Source of the DNA: Alphaproteobacteria bacterium
GTDB lineage: Bacteria; Pseudomonadota; Alphaproteobacteria; Rickettsiales; SXRF01
Assembly (NCBI GenBank): GCA_043763155.1
Contig: JAYULW010000065.1
Coordinates: forward strand, 216-64,215
Reading direction: 5' to 3'
Length of the DNA: 64,000 nt
The translations under genes and the position numbers were made by a program. This document shows, one piece after another, positions 18,896 through 28,415 of this stretch. Under the pieces are notes generated by a model, which was not told where the DNA came from, searched no databases, and worked only from the letters and a program-made list of their open reading frames with translations. The number at the start of each line of letters is the position of its first letter. Positions within the stretch are counted from its first letter, which is position 1.

Positions 18896-20212
18896 TCAGG
18901 GCATTGTATCGTTGTTTTCGGAAATGACAAATGCTTTGGTGAAGTAGTTTAAAGCGTAGCGGCGGGCGCAGTAAATGGGCAGTTTCATGGCATAGGCCCA
19001 GACGACCTCTTTATCATGGGTCACTTCATAGAGCCTGCCTTGCCTGCTGCTGGCAATTAACACATTGCCGTTGGGCTGCATTTCGTAGCTGCCGTTCCAG
19101 TCGGTGTAGAATTGCGCCTTGCCCTTGCCCATGTAGCCCCACGGGGTGGTGCCGTCGGCGGGGTCAACCTCCAGCAGGCGCGAGCGTTCGGAGCGGCCTT
19201 CATTGATGAGGCCGTTATTGTCGAACAGCATGATGTGGCCGTTGGGCAGGAAGCGGGCGTGGTGCTGGCCGCGCCATATGCCGTGCATCACCCATTTGAC
19301 CTTGCGGGTCTGGGGGGAGACCACAAAAATCATGTTATAATTGCGCGAGGACACCAGCAGGTCGCCCACTTCGAACATGGGGAATTTGTCGGCGATGGCT
19401 GGCTCCAGCGGCATGATGGAGTTGGTGTGGATGTAATCGAACGTGTTGTCATCGCGCACCACTTCGCGCTTCAGCTCGTCTTCATATTTGGTGCCGATGA
19501 AGGCGTCGAGCAGCGGAATATTATCCAGCTCCTGCCCGTCGGGCGAGAGGATGTTGATATAGTCGGTGAGCAAGGGATATTGCAGGTCTTCTAGGCCTTT
19601 GATGGGGGCGTCGGTCATTTTCTGGGTCAGGGTGTAGAGCTTGCCATCATCTGCCACATATACATCGTGGTGCGCGTTTTTGGAGTAAGTCCATAGCACG
19701 TTGGAGTCTTTGTCCATTTTGGCGATGCCGTAACCGTAGGGTGTGTCGCCCACCGCGTGGTAGACCACCAGCGTGTCGCCATTGGGGTACGCATAGGCGG
19801 AAACGCAGTTGATTGAAGCGTCGGGCACTGGCTCTGCGACATGCTCGGGCTTGGGCCAGGCTTTATGGTAGTGCAGTTTCCACTCGTGGACGAGTTTCCC
19901 CTCCTGATCAATCAGGAAAAGGTTGGACTGCTCGCCGCAGACCAATGTGTAGCCCGCTTGCATTCTTGCGCTGTTGACGACGTTGACGCGGGCGCTGTTT
20001 GAGAGGTCTGTGGCTACGAAATGTTTTTGGTTGCGGGCTGCCTTGATGGCGGCTTCTTTTTCGTTTTCAGCTTTATAGGCTTTGGAGGCGTCGGTGTAAT
20101 AGGTGCTGGGCCAAAGGCCTAGCACACGGTCCATGATGCCTGCGCTGAAAATAAGGAATACGATTGCGAACCGGAACCCGAAGCGGATGATGCGGTCGGT
20201 TCTGCTTAGCAC
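18896..20212 (-). CDS. Arylsulfotransferase-like (ASST / Arylsulfotran_2) beta-propeller protein with an N-terminal membrane anchor
   Basis: Motifs FDYIHTNSI and WRGQHHARFLPNGHIMLFDNNG. The N-terminal helix is FGFRFAIVFLIFSAGI. The GTG start shares 1 nt with the metC stop. Confidence 0.6.
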   Translation of the reverse strand: MLSRTDRIIRFGFRFAIVFLIFSAGIMDRVLGLWPSTYYTDASKAYKAENEKEAAIKAARNQKHFVATDLSNSARVNVVNSARMQAGYTLVCGEQSNLFLIDQEGKLVHEWKLHYHKAWPKPEHVAEPVPDASINCVSAYAYPNGDTLVVYHAVGDTPYGYGIAKMDKDSNVLWTYSKNAHHDVYVADDGKLYTLTQKMTDAPIKGLEDLQYPLLTDYINILSPDGQELDNIPLLDAFIGTKYEDELKREVVRDDNTFDYIHTNSIMPLEPAIADKFPMFEVGDLLVSSRNYNMIFVVSPQTRKVKWVMHGIWRGQHHARFLPNGHIMLFDNNGLINEGRSERSRLLEVDPADGTTPWGYMGKGKAQFYTDWNGSYEMQPNGNVLIASSRQGRLYEVTHDKEVVWAYAMKLPIYCARRYALNYFTKAFVISENNDTMP

Positions 20213-21381
20213 TATTTCGCGCCCAGGCGTTTGAAGCCCTGCTCCAGGTCGGCGATCAGGTCGTCGGTGTGTTCCAGGCCGATATGCAGGCGCAGAATGG
20301 TGCCTTCATAGGCGAATTTGGAGACGGTGCGCACATGTTTCAGGTTTACGGGCGTGATCAGGCTTTCGTAGCCGCCCCAGCTGTAGCCCATGCCGAAATG
20401 ATGCAGGCCATCGAGCATGGATGCCAGTTTGTCGTGCGGGGCTTTTTCTTTCAACACCACGGCAAACAGGCCGCATGCGCCCGTGAAATCGCGTTTCCAG
20501 ATGTCGTGGCCGGGGGCGCCGGGGAGCGCGGGGTATAGCACTTCGCGTACTTCCGGGCGGGCTTTGAGCCATGCGGCAACGATGAGGGCGTTTTCCTGAT
20601 GTTGCTTCAGGCGCACGGCCATGGTGCGCAGGCCGCGATGCGCGAGATAGGCACTGTCGGGGCTGGCGCAGGCGCCGGTGTTTTTGTAGGAGTTCAGCAG
20701 CGCTTTATAATGTGCTTTTTTGCTGGTGATGCAGCCCATGACCAGATCGGAATGGCCACTGACATATTTGGTGCAGGAGGTGATGGAAACGTCCATGCCG
20801 AGGGCGAAAGCATCATAGTAAATATGCGCGCCCCAGGTATTGTCGCCCATCAGCAGGATGCCTTTGGCTTTTGCGACTTTGGCGATGGCGGGAATATCCT
20901 GCATTTCCATGGTGAGCGAGCCGGGAGATTCCACGAAAATGATTTTCGTGTTCGACTTGATGAGCGCTTCGAGGCCTGCGGCGCTTAAGGCGGGGTCGTA
21001 ATAGGTGGTTTCCACGCCGAAGCGCTTCAGCTCGTTGTCGCAGTAGCGGCGGGTTGCGCCGTAGGTGTTGTCCACCATCAGCAGGTGGTCGCCGGATTTC
21101 AGGAATGCGCTGAGGGCCACTACGATTGCAGCAAGGCCGGAGGATGTGATGATGGCGTGGTCGGCGCCTTCGAGCGCGGCAAGCGCTTCTTCGAGTTCGG
21201 TGGTGGTGCGCGTGCCGTAGCGGCCATAAATGGGGTCGGTGGCGGTGCCGTTGTCGGCGGCTTCAAAGGCTGCGAGGTTCGGGAACAAAATGGTGGAGCC
21301 GCGATAGACGGGCGTGTTTACCACTCCGCGATGGTCTTCGGGGTTGCAGCCAAGCGATGCTAGCAGGGTTTCTTTACGCAT
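20212..21381 (-). CDS. metC: Cystathionine beta-lyase (Cys/Met-metabolism PLP enzyme)
   Basis: PLP-lysine motif SCTKYVSGHSD. The N-terminus GVVNTPVYRGSTILF is typical of MetC. Confidence 0.8.
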   Translation of the reverse strand: MRKETLLASLGCNPEDHRGVVNTPVYRGSTILFPNLAAFEAADNGTATDPIYGRYGTRTTTELEEALAALEGADHAIITSSGLAAIVVALSAFLKSGDHLLMVDNTYGATRRYCDNELKRFGVETTYYDPALSAAGLEALIKSNTKIIFVESPGSLTMEMQDIPAIAKVAKAKGILLMGDNTWGAHIYYDAFALGMDVSITSCTKYVSGHSDLVMGCITSKKAHYKALLNSYKNTGACASPDSAYLAHRGLRTMAVRLKQHQENALIVAAWLKARPEVREVLYPALPGAPGHDIWKRDFTGACGLFAVVLKEKAPHDKLASMLDGLHHFGMGYSWGGYESLITPVNLKHVRTVSKFAYEGTILRLHIGLEHTDDLIADLEQGFKRLGAK

Positions 21382-21448
21382 TTTGTTTTCTACATGGACT
21401 TTCTGTTGATTATCTTTGGGACCTTAAACCGCTACCGTACATAGTCAA

Positions 21449-21892
21449 TCAAAAAGCCCGGAAAGACAAACCCACAATCACGTTCAACAGCCCTTTTTTC
21501 TCGTTGCCGAAAGGAAGATAGCAGGCGCGGTATTTTACCATCTGGCCCGCGTCGTTCAGGAAAAATCCGCCGTCTTCGGCAGGTTCGGGCTTTGCCACCA
21601 GCGCTTGCAGCTGCTTGTAAACGCCCGTGCCGGGAAACGCGATATTGTTGCCTTCAACAATCTGGCCGCAGATGTCTTTGCCGTAGCTTTTAATGATGAT
21701 GTCGCCCATGAATTCAAACTTGAAAATGGCCCCTTTGCGGGTGTCTACCGAAAGCATCATGCACTGGTGCCACAAATCTTCCACCACGCCTGTGTTAAAA
21801 TGCTCAATTTGCGGCATTTTCATGTCTTTTCTGATCAGCTGCCAATAGTTCAAAAGGCGATGGGTCAGGCGTTGTTCGTTTGCAGCACTCAT
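21449..21892 (-). CDS. Small PAS-like domain protein (PAS_5-type, alphaproteobacterial)
   Basis: 147 aa. LLNYWQLIR ... MMLSVD ... YRACYLPF resembles the stand-alone PAS_5 family. Confidence 0.45.
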   Translation of the reverse strand: MSAANEQRLTHRLLNYWQLIRKDMKMPQIEHFNTGVVEDLWHQCMMLSVDTRKGAIFKFEFMGDIIIKSYGKDICGQIVEGNNIAFPGTGVYKQLQALVAKPEPAEDGGFFLNDAGQMVKYRACYLPFGNEKKGLLNVIVGLSFRAF

Positions 21893-22029
21893 GGAATTTC
21901 CTTAAAAACGGTAAGGGGCGTTGTTTTTAGCGCGGTTGGCCTTGCAAGCGGGGGGCAAAAGCGATAAGAACTATAGTCTTACAAAGACACATTAAAATAT
22001 CATTAAGCAGAAATCGGTTCTTTCAATAT

Positions 22030-25000
22030 ATGTCAAAAGGTTATTATCCTGAAGTCAATCCAAATCCGGATTTTGCGGCCCTTGAAGAATCGGTTTTAGC
22101 GTATTGGGAAAAAGAAAAGCTGTTTGCCAAGTCGGTTGCAAACCGCCCGGCCAAGGAAGACGGCCACTCCAACGAATATATTTTCTATGACGGCCCGCCA
22201 TTCGCCAACGGCCTGCCGCATTACGGCCATTTGCTCACCGGCTTCGTAAAAGACGTGTTTGCGCGCTATGCCACCATGAAGGGCAAGCGCGTGGAGCGCC
22301 GCTTCGGCTGGGACTGCCACGGTTTGCCAGCCGAAATGGGCAGCGAAAAGCAGCTCGGCATTTCAGGCCGCAACGCCATCATCAATTACGGCATCGGCAA
22401 GTTCAACGAGTATTGCCGCACGAGCGTGATGCAATACACGCATGAATGGGAAACGTATGTAACCCGCCAAGCCCGCTGGGTAGATTTCAAAGGCGACTAC
22501 AAGACCATGGACAAGAATTTCATGGAAAGCGTGCTGTGGGCCTTCAAGCAAATCTACGACAAAGGCTGGGTGTACGAAGCCTATCGCGTGATGCCATATT
22601 CATGGGCTGCGGAAACGCCGCTGTCGAATTTTGAGACCAAGCTAGATAACAGCTATCGTGAGCGTGAAGATAAATCCGCGACGGTGGCATTTACGCTTAA
22701 AGAAAAGCCCAAAGGCGCGCCTGATGCGAGCGCATACAAGATTCTGGCATGGACGACTACGCCATGGACGCTGCCTTCCAACCTCGCGCTGGCTGTAGGT
22801 GACAAGGTTGAATACAACGCAATGGTTAATGAAGCAGATAATGTTTGCTATATTTTTTCTGCTAAAGCCTATGAAAGCCTAAAAAAAGACTTAGGTGTGC
22901 GCATGCTCAAAGCACCCGAAGAAACAACAAAACGTCCATTAGCCCTTCTAAATTCGGATGCCTTTGTAGGGCTTTCGTATGAGCCACTCTTCCCCTATTT
23001 CGCAAACCATCAGCCGGGTACGGCGTTTAAGATTCTTGATGGTTCAGCATTTGTTACTGATAGCGACGGTACGGGTATCGTGCATATGGCGCCGGGGTTT
23101 GGTGAGGATGACCAACGGGTTTGTGAAAAGAATGGCATTAAAACTTTGGTGCCGGTGGATGGGCAGGGGAAATATACGGATGCGATTTATGATTTGCCGG
23201 ATTTGTCGCTGAAGGGGTTGAATGTTATTGCGCAGACTGAGGGTCAGCGGGCGGATGAGCCGTATAAGCCGGAGCAGGTGAAGAAATTTGGGCTGGCGAA
23301 TTTACGGATTATTTCGTGGTTGAAGGAGCATGGAAAGCTCATCAAGCAGGAAGAGTTTAAGCATAACTATCCGCATTGCTGGCGGACGGATACACCCCTG
23401 ATTTATCGGGCGATGCCTTCGTGGTATGTGGAGGTTACGAAATTCCGCGATAGGGCGGTGGAGCTGAATAAGCAGATTAACTGGATTCCTTCGCATGTGC
23501 GTGACGGGCAGATGGGGCATATGCTTGCCACCGCGCCCGACTGGAGCATTTCGCGCAACCGTTTCTGGGGCACGCCAATTCCGGTGTGGCGCAGCAAGTC
23601 GGGCAAGATTATCGTAATTGGCAGCATTGCGGAGCTTGAGGAATTGAGCGGGCAGAAGGTTGTTGATTTGCATCGTCCGTATATTGACGACATCATTATC
23701 ACGAAAGATGGCGAAGACTATAAACGCGTGGAAGACGTGTTTGACTGCTGGTTTGAGTCGGGTTCCATGCCGTTTGCGCAGGTGCATTACCCGTTTGAGA
23801 ACAAGGAATGGTTCGAGCATCATTTCCCGGCCGATTTCATTACCGAATATGTGGGGCAGACGCGCGGGTGGTTTAACACGCTGATTATGCTTTCCACGGC
23901 GTTGTTTGACAAAATTCCGTTTAAGAACTGCATCTGCCACGGCGTGGTTCTGGATGCGGAAACGGGGCTGAAATACTCCAAGCGCCTGAAGAATTACAAA
24001 GACCCGCTGGAAGTTATCAACGTGTTTGGCGCGGACGCGCTGCGCTGGATGATGATTGCGTCACCCGTGATGCGCGGGCAGGATTTGATGGTTGACCCCG
24101 ATGGTAAGTTTATCCGCGACGTGGTGCGGCTTGCGATTAAGCCGATTTGGAATGCGTATAATTTCTTCTGCCTTTATGCGAATGCGGACGGGATTAAGGC
24201 GAAGCTCGCTACCGACTCGCAGGATGTGATGGACAGGTATATCCTTGCGAAATGCAAGCAGGCGGTGGAGCAGATTAAGGCTTCGCTGGATGCGTATGAC
24301 ACGCCTTCGGCTTGCGATGCGCTGTCGCAGTTTTTTGATACGCTGAATAACTGGTATATCCGCCGCAGCAAGGAACGCTTCTGGAAAACGGAGCTGGATG
24401 CCGATAAGCAGGCGGCGTATGACACGCTGTACACGGTGATTAGCACCATGGCGCGGGCCGCAGCCCCTCTCCTGCCCCTGACGCTCGAAGAAATCTACAC
24501 CAAGCTCACGGGCGAGGCTTCGGTGCATTTGGCCGATTTCCCGGAAATGGCGATTGTGAATGTGGATGACACCAATTTAATCGTGCAGATGGACAGGGTG
24601 CGCGACATTTGCGCGACCGCCTTGGGCGTGCGCAACAACACGCAAATCCGTGTGCGCCAACCGCTGAAAACACTGACGCTTGCGGCGACCCAATCGGTTG
24701 CGGCGATGGATGCGACCATTTCGGGCATTATCCGTGATGAGGTGAATGTGAAGGAAATCCAAACCTCGGCGGTGTTTTCGGATTATGCGACCTTGAAGCT
24801 TGCGATTAATTCTGCGGTGCTGGGTAAGCGGTTGCCAGAGAAGATGAAGCAGATTCTGCCCGCCTCGAAAAAGGGCGAGTGGAAGCAGGTGGACGGCGGG
24901 TTGGAGATTGCGGGCGAGCGATTGCTGGCGGGAGAATATACGCTGCAGCTGGAGCCGAAGCCGGAGTATAAAGACCGGGCGCAGGCGCTTTCCAGCAATG

Positions 25001-25299
25001 ACGCGCTGGTGATTCTGGATACGACCATCACGCCGGAACTGGAAGCCGAAGGCATTGCGCGGGATTTGGTGCGGATGGTGCAGCAGGCGCGCAAGGACGC
25101 GGCGCTGAATGTGTCGGACAGGATTCAGTTGCATGTGGATGCGCCGGAGGCGATTGCAAAAGCGGTGGCAACGTGGCAAAGTTACGTCAACGAACAGACG
25201 CTCTCGGTGATGGCGGGGAAAATGGATAAGCCGGCCTTCACTACTGAAAACACGCTCGACGACCAGAAGATTACCATTAGTTTTTCACTTGCGGCCTGA
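22030..25299 (+). CDS. ileS: Isoleucyl-tRNA synthetase, type 2 (eukaryote-like)
   Basis: HIGH region FYDGPPFANGLPHYGHLL. The KMSKS region reads KYSKRLKNYKDP. The protein is 1089 aa and its C-terminus lacks Cys. Confidence 0.9.
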   Translation: MSKGYYPEVNPNPDFAALEESVLAYWEKEKLFAKSVANRPAKEDGHSNEYIFYDGPPFANGLPHYGHLLTGFVKDVFARYATMKGKRVERRFGWDCHGLPAEMGSEKQLGISGRNAIINYGIGKFNEYCRTSVMQYTHEWETYVTRQARWVDFKGDYKTMDKNFMESVLWAFKQIYDKGWVYEAYRVMPYSWAAETPLSNFETKLDNSYREREDKSATVAFTLKEKPKGAPDASAYKILAWTTTPWTLPSNLALAVGDKVEYNAMVNEADNVCYIFSAKAYESLKKDLGVRMLKAPEETTKRPLALLNSDAFVGLSYEPLFPYFANHQPGTAFKILDGSAFVTDSDGTGIVHMAPGFGEDDQRVCEKNGIKTLVPVDGQGKYTDAIYDLPDLSLKGLNVIAQTEGQRADEPYKPEQVKKFGLANLRIISWLKEHGKLIKQEEFKHNYPHCWRTDTPLIYRAMPSWYVEVTKFRDRAVELNKQINWIPSHVRDGQMGHMLATAPDWSISRNRFWGTPIPVWRSKSGKIIVIGSIAELEELSGQKVVDLHRPYIDDIIITKDGEDYKRVEDVFDCWFESGSMPFAQVHYPFENKEWFEHHFPADFITEYVGQTRGWFNTLIMLSTALFDKIPFKNCICHGVVLDAETGLKYSKRLKNYKDPLEVINVFGADALRWMMIASPVMRGQDLMVDPDGKFIRDVVRLAIKPIWNAYNFFCLYANADGIKAKLATDSQDVMDRYILAKCKQAVEQIKASLDAYDTPSACDALSQFFDTLNNWYIRRSKERFWKTELDADKQAAYDTLYTVISTMARAAAPLLPLTLEEIYTKLTGEASVHLADFPEMAIVNVDDTNLIVQMDRVRDICATALGVRNNTQIRVRQPLKTLTLAATQSVAAMDATISGIIRDEVNVKEIQTSAVFSDYATLKLAINSAVLGKRLPEKMKQILPASKKGEWKQVDGGLEIAGERLLAGEYTLQLEPKPEYKDRAQALSSNDALVILDTTITPELEAEGIARDLVRMVQQARKDAALNVSDRIQLHVDAPEAIAKAVATWQSYVNEQTLSVMAGKMDKPAFTTENTLDDQKITISFSLAA

Positions 25300-25302
25300 G
25301 GA

Positions 25303-25980
25303 ATGACTCCGATGAATGAAATGCGCAAAAACATGATCCTTGGGCAGTTGTTTACCAACGACATCGCCAATAAACATATTTTCAGCGCCATGGCGCAGGT
25401 GCCGCGCGAGGCGTTTGTGCCGGAAAAGCTGCATGGTGTTGCGTATGTGGATGAGGATCTGGACATGGGCAATGGGCGCTACCTGATGGAGCCGCTGACA
25501 TTTGCGAAGCTTTTGGACATGGCGGAAATCACGCCTTCGTGCCGGGTTTTGAATATTGGGTGCTACACGGGCTATTCGGCGGCTATCCTTGCGAAGCTTT
25601 CGGCGCTGGTGGTGGCGATTGAAACTGATGCGGGGGCGCTGGAAGAAGCGCGGCTGCACATGAACGCGCTGAAAATCACCAATGTGAATTTGCAGAGCGT
25701 GAAGACGCTGGCTGACGGCTATGCGCCTTCAGGGCCTTATGATGTGATTGTAATTCAGGGGGCGATTAATTTTATTTCCGAGGCTTTGGCTGCGCAGCTT
25801 GCGCCCGGAGGGCGGTTGGTTACGGTGCGCAATGTGGCCTCGCGGCCCGGCACCGAGGGCGGGCTTGGCAAGGGTTTGCTGATTCGCCGGGTGGAGCAGA
25901 AATTACAATACCGCGAATATTTTGATGCGAGCTGTGCGCTGTTGCCCGGCTTTGAACAAGGCACGACGTTTACCTTCTAA
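25303..25980 (+). CDS. pcm: Protein-L-isoaspartate O-methyltransferase family protein
   Basis: Motifs VPREAFVP and the SAM-binding VLNIGCYTGYSAAIL. It lies upstream of tolC, as in many alphaproteobacteria. Confidence 0.8.
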   Translation: MTPMNEMRKNMILGQLFTNDIANKHIFSAMAQVPREAFVPEKLHGVAYVDEDLDMGNGRYLMEPLTFAKLLDMAEITPSCRVLNIGCYTGYSAAILAKLSALVVAIETDAGALEEARLHMNALKITNVNLQSVKTLADGYAPSGPYDVIVIQGAINFISEALAAQLAPGGRLVTVRNVASRPGTEGGLGKGLLIRRVEQKLQYREYFDASCALLPGFEQGTTFTF

Positions 25981-25986
25981 GGAATT

Positions 25987-27612
25987 ATGGCGCTTCGTCA
26001 TTCGATCGTTTGTGTTTTAGCTGCCAGCTTGCTGGCGGCGCCTTTGGCGAGGGCGGATTCCGTTGCAGAGATGGCCGATGCCAGCCCGTTGCAGCCTTCG
26101 GCGAATGTGCTGATGGAGCCGGTTGGCGATGTTGCCCCCGTGCCTGCCAAGAAAAAAACCAAAGCAGAATTGAAGGCGGAAGCGAAAGCCAGGGCAGCGG
26201 AGGCCGCAAAGGACAAGGCAGCCGCGAAAGCCGAGGCAAAAGCCAAGGCGAAGGCCGCGAAAGATACGCCGATTCAGGATGCTGACGATACGCGTGTGGA
26301 TGCATTGCAGCCTGCGCTGGCAGCGCCCGAAGGCGCGAAGGAAGACGGCAAGCAGGATTTGTTCATTACGGCGCTGGCGAATGTGTATGACACCCACCCG
26401 CAGCTAAAGGCGCAGCGCGAAACGCTGGAAGCCACCGACGAAAACGTGTCGCAGGCGACGAGCGCATTGCGGCCGAATGTGGGCGCGACGTATGCTTATG
26501 GCCGCGTGGGCACGCAGCGGGACAACAGCGGCACGGCGGAAACCAAGGCGCTTACGGCCACGCAGCCGCTTTTTGTGGGCGGGGCGCTTTCGGGCATCAA
26601 GGGCGCGAAGCAGCGGGTGAAGGCCGGGCAGGCGCAGCTAACGGCGCTGGAGCAGCAGGTGCTGTTTGACGCGGTGGTGGCGTATTCCAACGTGGTGAAC
26701 AGGCTTGCGGTATTGCAGGTGAACCAGAATAACGTGGATTTGCTGAATAAGCAGTATCTGGCTACCAAGTCGCGCTTTGAGGTGGGGGAAATTACGCGCA
26801 CCGACATGGCGCAGGCGCAGTCGCGCCTTGCCACTGCGAAAGCGAATGAGCGTTCGTCGCTGGGTGCGCTGGATGTGGACCGGGCGACGTTTCGCCGGGT
26901 GATTGGGTTTGATGCGCCAGACAGCCTGAAGCTGCCGCCCGCGCCTGCCGATATGCCCCAGTCGCTGGAAGCGGCGCAACAGGAAGCCACCGCGAACGAA
27001 CCGACGTTGAGCGCGGCGCAGGAGCTTGAAAAAGCCAGCAAGAGCGACGTGAGCGTGTATAAGGGCGCAATTTTGCCGAGTGTGAATGTGGCGGGGTCGC
27101 TCCGGGATGTGGATAATAGCACGGTGGGCGGTGTGCAGGGCACGAGCAACGCGGTGACGCTGAATGTGACCGTGCCGCTGTACCAGTCGGGGGCGGAGTA
27201 TTCGCGGGTGCGGCAAGCCAAAGATTTGGCGCAGCGTGCTAAATATGTGACGATGGACACCAAAAATGCGGTGATCGAGACGGTGACGCAGGCGTGGGAA
27301 AATTATGTGACGGCGGGCGCGGTGATTACCTCCAACGAAGAAGCGGTGCGAGCAGCCAAAACCGCCATGAACAGCATCCAGCAGGAAAATAAATTCGGGA
27401 CGCGCACCATCTTGGACGTGCTGAACACCCAACAGGATATGGTTAATGCGCAAGTGAGCCTGGTGAATGCCCGCGTGGCCGAGCGTCAGGCCAGCTACAG
27501 CCTGTTACAAGCGGTGGGGCGGCTTACGGCTAAAGGCCTGCACCTGCCTGTAGATATTAACGATCCTAATCAACACTATGATAAGGTAAAATATAAGTTG
27601 ATTGGTTTCTGA
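25987..27612 (+). CDS. tolC: TolC-family outer-membrane channel with a long N-terminal extension
   Basis: A signal peptide is followed by a Lys/Ala/Glu-rich extension of about 100 aa. After that come two OEP repeats (ALANVYDTHPQLKAQRETL, and LNKQYLATKSRFEVGEITRTDMAQAQ). Confidence 0.85.
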   Translation: MALRHSIVCVLAASLLAAPLARADSVAEMADASPLQPSANVLMEPVGDVAPVPAKKKTKAELKAEAKARAAEAAKDKAAAKAEAKAKAKAAKDTPIQDADDTRVDALQPALAAPEGAKEDGKQDLFITALANVYDTHPQLKAQRETLEATDENVSQATSALRPNVGATYAYGRVGTQRDNSGTAETKALTATQPLFVGGALSGIKGAKQRVKAGQAQLTALEQQVLFDAVVAYSNVVNRLAVLQVNQNNVDLLNKQYLATKSRFEVGEITRTDMAQAQSRLATAKANERSSLGALDVDRATFRRVIGFDAPDSLKLPPAPADMPQSLEAAQQEATANEPTLSAAQELEKASKSDVSVYKGAILPSVNVAGSLRDVDNSTVGGVQGTSNAVTLNVTVPLYQSGAEYSRVRQAKDLAQRAKYVTMDTKNAVIETVTQAWENYVTAGAVITSNEEAVRAAKTAMNSIQQENKFGTRTILDVLNTQQDMVNAQVSLVNARVAERQASYSLLQAVGRLTAKGLHLPVDINDPNQHYDKVKYKLIGF

Positions 27613-27686
27613 TAATGGTCTTTTAATAGATAGGTATTATTCTCAACCGTGGGTGCCAACCTAAAATACTGACAAGGAAAGACACA

Positions 27687-28391
27687 ATGGAGGCCGGCGC
27701 TAATAAAAAAGAGCCTAAAGCAACGGAGGCCAAAGGTGGCGACGAAGACCTGTCCATGGAAGAAATTCTGCAGTCAATCCGGCGTATTATCGCCGATGAC
27801 GATAACGAAGGGAAGAAACCTGTGAGCGATACCGGCAAAAACGGCAAAGGCAAGGGCTCGGACGATGATGTTCCGGGGTCTGACATGCTTGAACTTACAG
27901 ACATGCTGAAAGACGACGGCACGGTGGTGGACCTGAAAAAGGAAGCCGCTGGCAAAGCCGCGCTCGCCGCACTCGATTCCAGCCCCTCTTCTTTCGATAT
28001 TCTTAGCCAGATTGACTCGGTGCTGGACGGTGAAAAGCCGATGGCTGTTGAAGCGCCAAAGCCTGCTGCGCCCGTTGCCCCGATTGCAATGCCGGAGCCT
28101 GTTGCTGCGGCCCCGATGATGCCGCCGATGATGGCCGCACCGCTGAGCGCCGACTCCCTGCTTTCCGACGCCGCTGCGGCTGCTACCGCCGAAGCGTTCA
28201 GCCGCCTGAAAAACGTTGATGCCCCGGTGAATTATGCCACCTCGGCCGCTCCTTCTTTCCGTTCCGGCGCCACGATTGAAGACATGGTGGGCGATATGCT
28301 GCGCCCCATGCTGAAACAGTGGCTAGATGCAAACCTGCCTGCCATGGTGCAGCAGATTGTTGAACGCGAAGTGAAAAAACTTACCCGCTAA
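27687..28391 (+). CDS. popZ: PopZ-like pole-organizing protein (DUF2497)
   Basis: N-terminal SMEEILQSIRRIIADDD, an acidic Pro/Ala-rich linker, and C-terminal IEDMVGDMLRPMLKQWLDANLPAMVQQIVEREVKKL. Confidence 0.8.
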   Translation: MEAGANKKEPKATEAKGGDEDLSMEEILQSIRRIIADDDNEGKKPVSDTGKNGKGKGSDDDVPGSDMLELTDMLKDDGTVVDLKKEAAGKAALAALDSSPSSFDILSQIDSVLDGEKPMAVEAPKPAAPVAPIAMPEPVAAAPMMPPMMAAPLSADSLLSDAAAAATAEAFSRLKNVDAPVNYATSAAPSFRSGATIEDMVGDMLRPMLKQWLDANLPAMVQQIVEREVKKLTR

Positions 28392-28415
28392 CCCCCCTTT
28401 TTATAGATTGCAGAT

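Noticed and set aside
21382-21448. A possible SAM-II or other riboswitch in the metC leader
   Set aside because: Only 67 nt are available, and I could not recognise the SAM-II pseudoknot consensus. No terminator or anti-terminator pairing is evident.
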